Assembly (NCBI GenBank): GCA_001179505.1
Contig: CDMY01000158.1
Coordinates: forward strand, 117,272-181,271
DNA: 64,000 bases
Direction of reading: 5' to 3'
Origin: Vitrella brassicaformis CCMP3155
Taxonomy: Eukaryota > Protista > Chromerida
Shown in pieces: positions 59,584-64,000 of this stretch (positions are counted from its first letter, which is position 1; the number at the start of each line of letters is the position of its first letter). Under the pieces are notes generated by a model that saw only the letters and a list, made by a program, of their open reading frames with translations, ran no database searches and was not told the origin of the DNA. The position numbers and the translations under genes were made by a program.

Positions 59584-61484
59584 ATGGCTCAAGAGAGCGA
59601 GGTGCCCGAGCAAATGCCGCGGGGCATGGTGCTGAAGGAGGTCCAGGTGTAGCAGGCGCTGCCGGTGGTCGGAGGGAAGCCAGCGAGCCCGCCGTCGGGC
59701 CTCATCACCCGACACAGCGGCGGCAGCAATGCCACCATCATCACGACCGCCGACGCCCCTGACCACCTGTGGAAAGCCGTCTTGCTCGAGGAGCAGACGG
59801 CTATGTCAGATGAGGAGGAGGAGAAATGGATGGCGCTGCGCCAGGAGAAGAAGGTGATGCAGGCCATCCAGGCACGGTGCGAGGAGCTGGGCATCCCCCA
59901 CAACCAGAGGCCGTTCCTGCCGCTGCTCGCCCACCACGCCCACCCCAGCCGCCCCACCGGCCTCTTCATCTCGACCGTGCCTGGCAGCGTGGAGGTCACG
60001 CAGGAGGAGGCGGAGGCCATGCAGAGGATCTTCGCCATTAAGATGCCCCGGCTGGACATGAGTAAGGCCACTCACACACTGCGCACTCGCACTGCACAAT
60101 CCATCAGAAACACCCTCACCCGTGTGTGTTTGGCATCATTCACTCAGGTAAGTACGGGGACTTCAGCGACATCCTGCCCAAGTGCGCCGCCATCTGCGCC
60201 GCTGTCGACAGCCGCCATGTGCATCTTCCGCAGGTCCAGGCTCTGCTGAAGGAGGTGGCCGTCATCCTCATCCGTGTCCTTCGGGGCATGGTGAGGCTGC
60301 ACAACGCCGCCATCCTGCTCAGGGCGCTGGCCAACGACAACGTGTCGACGGACGGCCTCATCCCCATCATGCATCGCATCCCCCCGCTCCACATCGAGCC
60401 ACTGTCGGGCGAGCCGCGTGTGTCGACAGCTGACCTAAAGGAGCTGCAGGAGCGTCAGCCAGCCCCCGTCGTCACCGACAGCAACAGCAGCATTGCATGC
60501 GGGGCCCTGCGGATGATCGACCTCGGTCATGTCCTGACGCCCAAGGCCACCAGCCACCCGCCGCCCACCACAATCGGCAGGCTGCCCATTTTGGCGTGCG
60601 TGAGGAAGGAGGACCAAGGGGAGGACGAGAATATGTGGACTACGACGCCATACCATCATGCCCCAGAGTTCTCCCTCATGTATGCCAAGGAGTGGGCGGA
60701 CCAGCGAGCGGCCAGAAGGGCACAGGAGGCGAGCGGGGAAGCCATGGTCGACATGGACGGCTGGGAGGTCGGCTGTGGCATGACGGACGAGGCGGAGATC
60801 GACACGCTCGAGGGCAGGATGAGGGAGCTGCTGGATGAGATGGGGGAGAGGGGCCTGTATGTGGAGGAGGGCGGCACACAGGGCGAGACGCGCAAGCCCA
60901 AGATGTGGCTAGGGGAGGCGGCCATCCTGTTCGGCCTGGGCGTCGAAGGGCTGTCGGTGCTGCTGGGTGAGCTGATGCACGACTACATGGAGCGGACGTT
61001 CCAAATCCACGCCCCCGAGCAGCCACAGACCGGCAGGCAACTCCGCTTGCGGCTGGCCATCGAGAGCACCCTCAGGTGGGCGGAGATGCTGCCCCTTGTC
61101 CTGCCCGAGGAGCCCGACCCAAGCGCAGCCAAAGGGTCGACGCCGCCATCGCTCTTCCTGCGGCCAGAACCATGCATGCAGTGGGCGAGGGACGTGGGGA
61201 TGAAGTTGCGGGAGCTGGTTGTGGATAGCTTGAGGCCCATGCCATGGGAGCGCATGGAGCGGCTGCCCAGAGGCCTCATCGACATGGACGAGCGGCTGCG
61301 TGAGATGGAGATAATGGTGCTGGCCGCTCACTGGGGCGTCACGAGTCCCCCCATTCCCGCACCCATCACCGACACACCCATTGTCTTCCAGGCCACCCCC
61401 GACAGCCCGATCGCATCCCCCCAGCAGCCAGACGCCGCCACACCACACACACCGCTCCCGCACCACCACCTGCAGCAGCAGACG
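59584..61484 (+). CDS. Pseudokinase family copy 3 (in-frame TAG at 59650-59652; may be a pseudogene or use a downstream start)
   Basis: SGGSNATI, LWKAV, QEKKVM, LRGMVRLHNAAILLRALANDNV, MIDLGHV, TPYHHAPEF, KMWLG, LRPMPWERM; same intron position as copies 1 and 2; phase-0 donor at 61485. Confidence 0.7.
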
Positions 61485-61564
61485 GTGAGTGAGTGAGAGG
61501 GGAGAGAGGAGAGGTGAAAGAAGGGAGGCTGATCTGGTGTGTGTGTGTGTGTGCTCCCTGCAAG

Positions 61565-62839
61565 GCACCGGAGACCAAACCGGCACCCGAGATCAAAGGT
61601 GCTGCTGCGGCGGCTGCCCCCAAGGCAGCGTCCACTTCGCCGCAGCCTCCCTCGACGTCACCAAAGACGGGCGGCATTGTTCTGGGGCCCAAGGCGACAT
61701 CCAAGTCGCCCCCCGCCCGCAGCCCCACATCGACACCGACACCCCAGCTGAGACCCAAGCCGGCATCCACACCCCCCAAGCAGCCGACTGGTCAGCCACC
61801 GTCGTCCCCGCCTGTGAAGCCGTCAGCTGCGGCCAAACCAGCCGCAGATCTCAAGGCCGAGAAGCACCTGGCGCAGAAGAAGGAGGCCGTCCGCGAGCAG
61901 ATGGCCTCGTCGAGAGCCGCCCTCTCCCCCAGACCGTCATCAGCCAAGGAGACACCATCAGCTGCTGCCAAGCCGGGCACCAAGGCAGATGGAGTCGCCA
62001 AGGCGCCGCGTGCCGCTTCGCCCGTTCCGTCCGGTGGCACAGGGAGAGCGCCTGCTGCACGGCGGGATGGGCCGTCCGCCCCACAGCCGTCATCTGCTGG
62101 ACCATCCTCACAGCCAGGACCCGATCGCGCGGCAAAGGGGGCCGCCTCTCCACCGTCAAGCCAGAACGGCCGCGTCAAGGAGTCCCAAGAGGGGCCAAGG
62201 AAAGGGGACGCCGCTGCCGCTGCGTCAGCTGCCTCGAGCCACCATGGGAAGTCTCCTGTCCGCAGTGAGCGAGGGAGTGACCGCAGGGCCACACCAAAGG
62301 CAACTGCACCTGGAAGGGGACCGCGTAATGCGGTGAATTCGCTCGACTCGCCCGCGCCAGCACCTGAAGGCAGCAGCCGGCTGGCCAGTGGGGGCGGTGG
62401 AGCGCCGAACGGGCCATCATCATCGCGTCAGTCGGAGAGGCGGAAGGAGGGTCCGCCGCCCCCTGCGCTCTTCTTCCCACCGACCCCTCATCCCATGACG
62501 GCCCTGCAGCCACCCGCACACGCACCCCCGCCACATCTCCCCCACCCCCAGAGCCCCGCCACCTACGATTACAGCTACTCGCCCACCCTCCCATTCCAGC
62601 CCGACACGGCCATCCTGATCAAGGGGCCACCGCCCGACACACCTCAAGCCGTCCAAGGAGGCTGGATGGAGGGCTGGATATGGAATGGGGTGCGGCGAGA
62701 GTGCGAGTATTGGGAATACGACCGACGGGAGGGGATGTGGGAAGTGAGGAGTGAATCGCAGGACCTGAAGATGATCAGGAAGAGGCAGTGGAGGGAGGAA
62801 CTCGAGTCGTGGATAGCCCTGTTCCGCTGCCGCCACTAG
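61565..62839 (+). CDS. Putative chimeric terminal exon: THOC2-derived low-complexity segment plus a novel W-rich tail, in frame with pseudokinase copy 3
   Basis: Candidate acceptor tgcaag|GCA at 61564/61565 is in the frame of the open 61493-62839 ORF. Confidence 0.5.
   Translation, partial: APETKPAPEIKGAAAAAAPKAASTSPQPPSTSPKTGGIVLGPKATSKSPPARSPTSTPTPQLRPKPASTPPKQPTGQPPSSPPVKPSAAAKPAADLKAEKHLAQKKEAVREQMASSRAALSPRPSSAKETPSAAAKPGTKADGVAKAPRAASPVPSGGTGRAPAARRDGPSAPQPSSAGPSSQPGPDRAAKGAASPPSSQNGRVKESQEGPRKGDAAAAASAASSHHGKSPVRSERGSDRRATPKATAPGRGPRNAVNSLDSPAPAPEGSSRLASGGGGAPNGPSSSRQSERRKEGPPPPALFFPPTPHPMTALQPPAHAPPPHLPHPQSPATYDYSYSPTLPFQPDTAILIKGPPPDTPQAVQGGWMEGWIWNGVRRECEYWEYDRREGMWEVRSESQDLKMIRKRQWREELESWIALFRCRH
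61601..62463 (+). repeat. Duplicated THOC2 last-exon segment
   Basis: Matches 39501-40375 with scattered substitutions and one 12-bp deletion (gaccgaggcagt); the frame is preserved. Confidence 0.97.
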
Positions 62840-62933
62840 CCGAGGTGGCACGGATGCCTAGGGGAGGGAGGGCGCTGTGGTGTGCGCTGGCCCGTGGTCG
62901 GGCCCGCCCTCATCTTCCGAGTGGGAGGCAAAG

Positions 62934-64000
62934 ATGATCGCCAAGTCGTGCCTGACTGAGATCGACCACGTGGTGTCGCAGTGGCACCCCGACTGGCCCT
63001 TTGCCTACGACGAGCAGTTGCGGAAGCTCATGGTTGTCTTGGCTGTGCAGAGCCAGCTGACGGCCTACGTGTGGTACATGTATGTGTGTGTCAAGGAGAA
63101 GGAGAGGGAGAGGCAGGCGGCGGCCAGGGGGCGGCCCGTGACGTGCAGGAAGCCGGTGGAGGTGACGCTGCCCGACCGATCCACCGCTGTGTGGAGGAAC
63201 GCAGACCTGTCAACTGAGGAAGCTGAGGAAGCTGAGGAGTCGGCCAAACAGATATTCAAAGCTGCTCTTGACCTGGTCAGTCAGCACAGACAGCATTCAC
63301 CAGCTGAGGTCACGTTGACATGGATTCACATACTGCGTGTGGGTCGTTTCAGTTGGGTCGCGTCCTTCGGCGTCTGTCCGCACAGCCTTCCTTCCGACTC
63401 CTTCGCAGCGGCACATTCGACGCTCTGCCGTCGCAGCGGACGGCCTGGCTGCCCTGCCGCTGGCCAACAAGGAAGAGACGCTGCTCAAGACGCTGCTGGC
63501 GGGCCGGTTGACGCTCACCAGCCGCATCAACGCCATGGCGCATGTAGACGTTCCCACGGCACACTACGACTACGACGGTCTTCTCACTCCTTCAGAGGCG
63601 ACGCCGAGGTGCTGTGATGTGCCGATTTCATCCCCATGACTAACAACACACAGCCGCCAGCCATCTCGCCGGTCGATTTAGATGAAGATGGTGGTTTGGA
63701 TGAGGGCGGGGCGGAGGAAGGGGAATACGACATTGACGAGGAGGGCTGTGATGAGGGCGGCATGATGGAGGAGGGAGGGGCGCCGGCAAGGGGGGTTGAG
63801 GGGAGGAAGAAGGGCCTGGCGGACCTGTCGGTCCTGAAGAAACTGGTGCTCCAGATCGGACCTTCGGACTTGCCCGTGCATGCAGGTCTCTGTCCATGTG
63901 GCGTTGCGGCCCCTGCTGCTGGTAAGCCGACCACCGACCTGGCTGTTCTCGTCGTGTGTACATGTCGCTTGTGTGCGTGTGTGCAGCACCAGACCATTCA
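62934..64000 (+). CDS. Hypothetical protein or remnant, runs off the window
   Basis: MIAKSCLTEIDHVVSQWHPDWPFAYDEQLRKLMVVLAV..., then EETLLKTLLAGRL and an acidic segment ending LSVLKKLVLQIG in other frames. Confidence 0.3.

Overview
GC-rich, intron-dense eukaryotic nuclear DNA. Short GT-AG introns are filled with (CA)n/(TG)n and tetranucleotide microsatellites, and one protein has a bipartite plastid-targeting presequence. This is consistent with a chromerid alga such as Vitrella (inference only). There are three 300-N assembly gaps (847-1146, 12267-12566, 32650-32949). The first ~47 kb is mostly core genes: a large type I membrane protein with repeated beta modules and an M6PR/ATG27-like tail, a bacterial-type xanthine phosphoribosyltransferase with 4 introns, a DEK-C chromatin protein, a RING-H2 + vWA + E2 fusion, WDR24, THOC2, a PAP/fibrillin-like protein, tRNA-Trp(CCA), and a PTEN-like + MIU + RING-H2 protein. 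The last ~17 kb is a rearranged accessory zone. The main discovery is an unannotated multicopy family with a full protein-kinase motif set (G-loop, K, alphaC-E, N, DLG, APE, terminal R) but no HRD catalytic Asp. It has three long copies plus fragments. One copy is flanked by direct repeats, one fragment set is scrambled, and one copy can splice in frame onto a recently duplicated piece of the THOC2 C-terminal exon. Exon structures were read by eye and no database searches were run.
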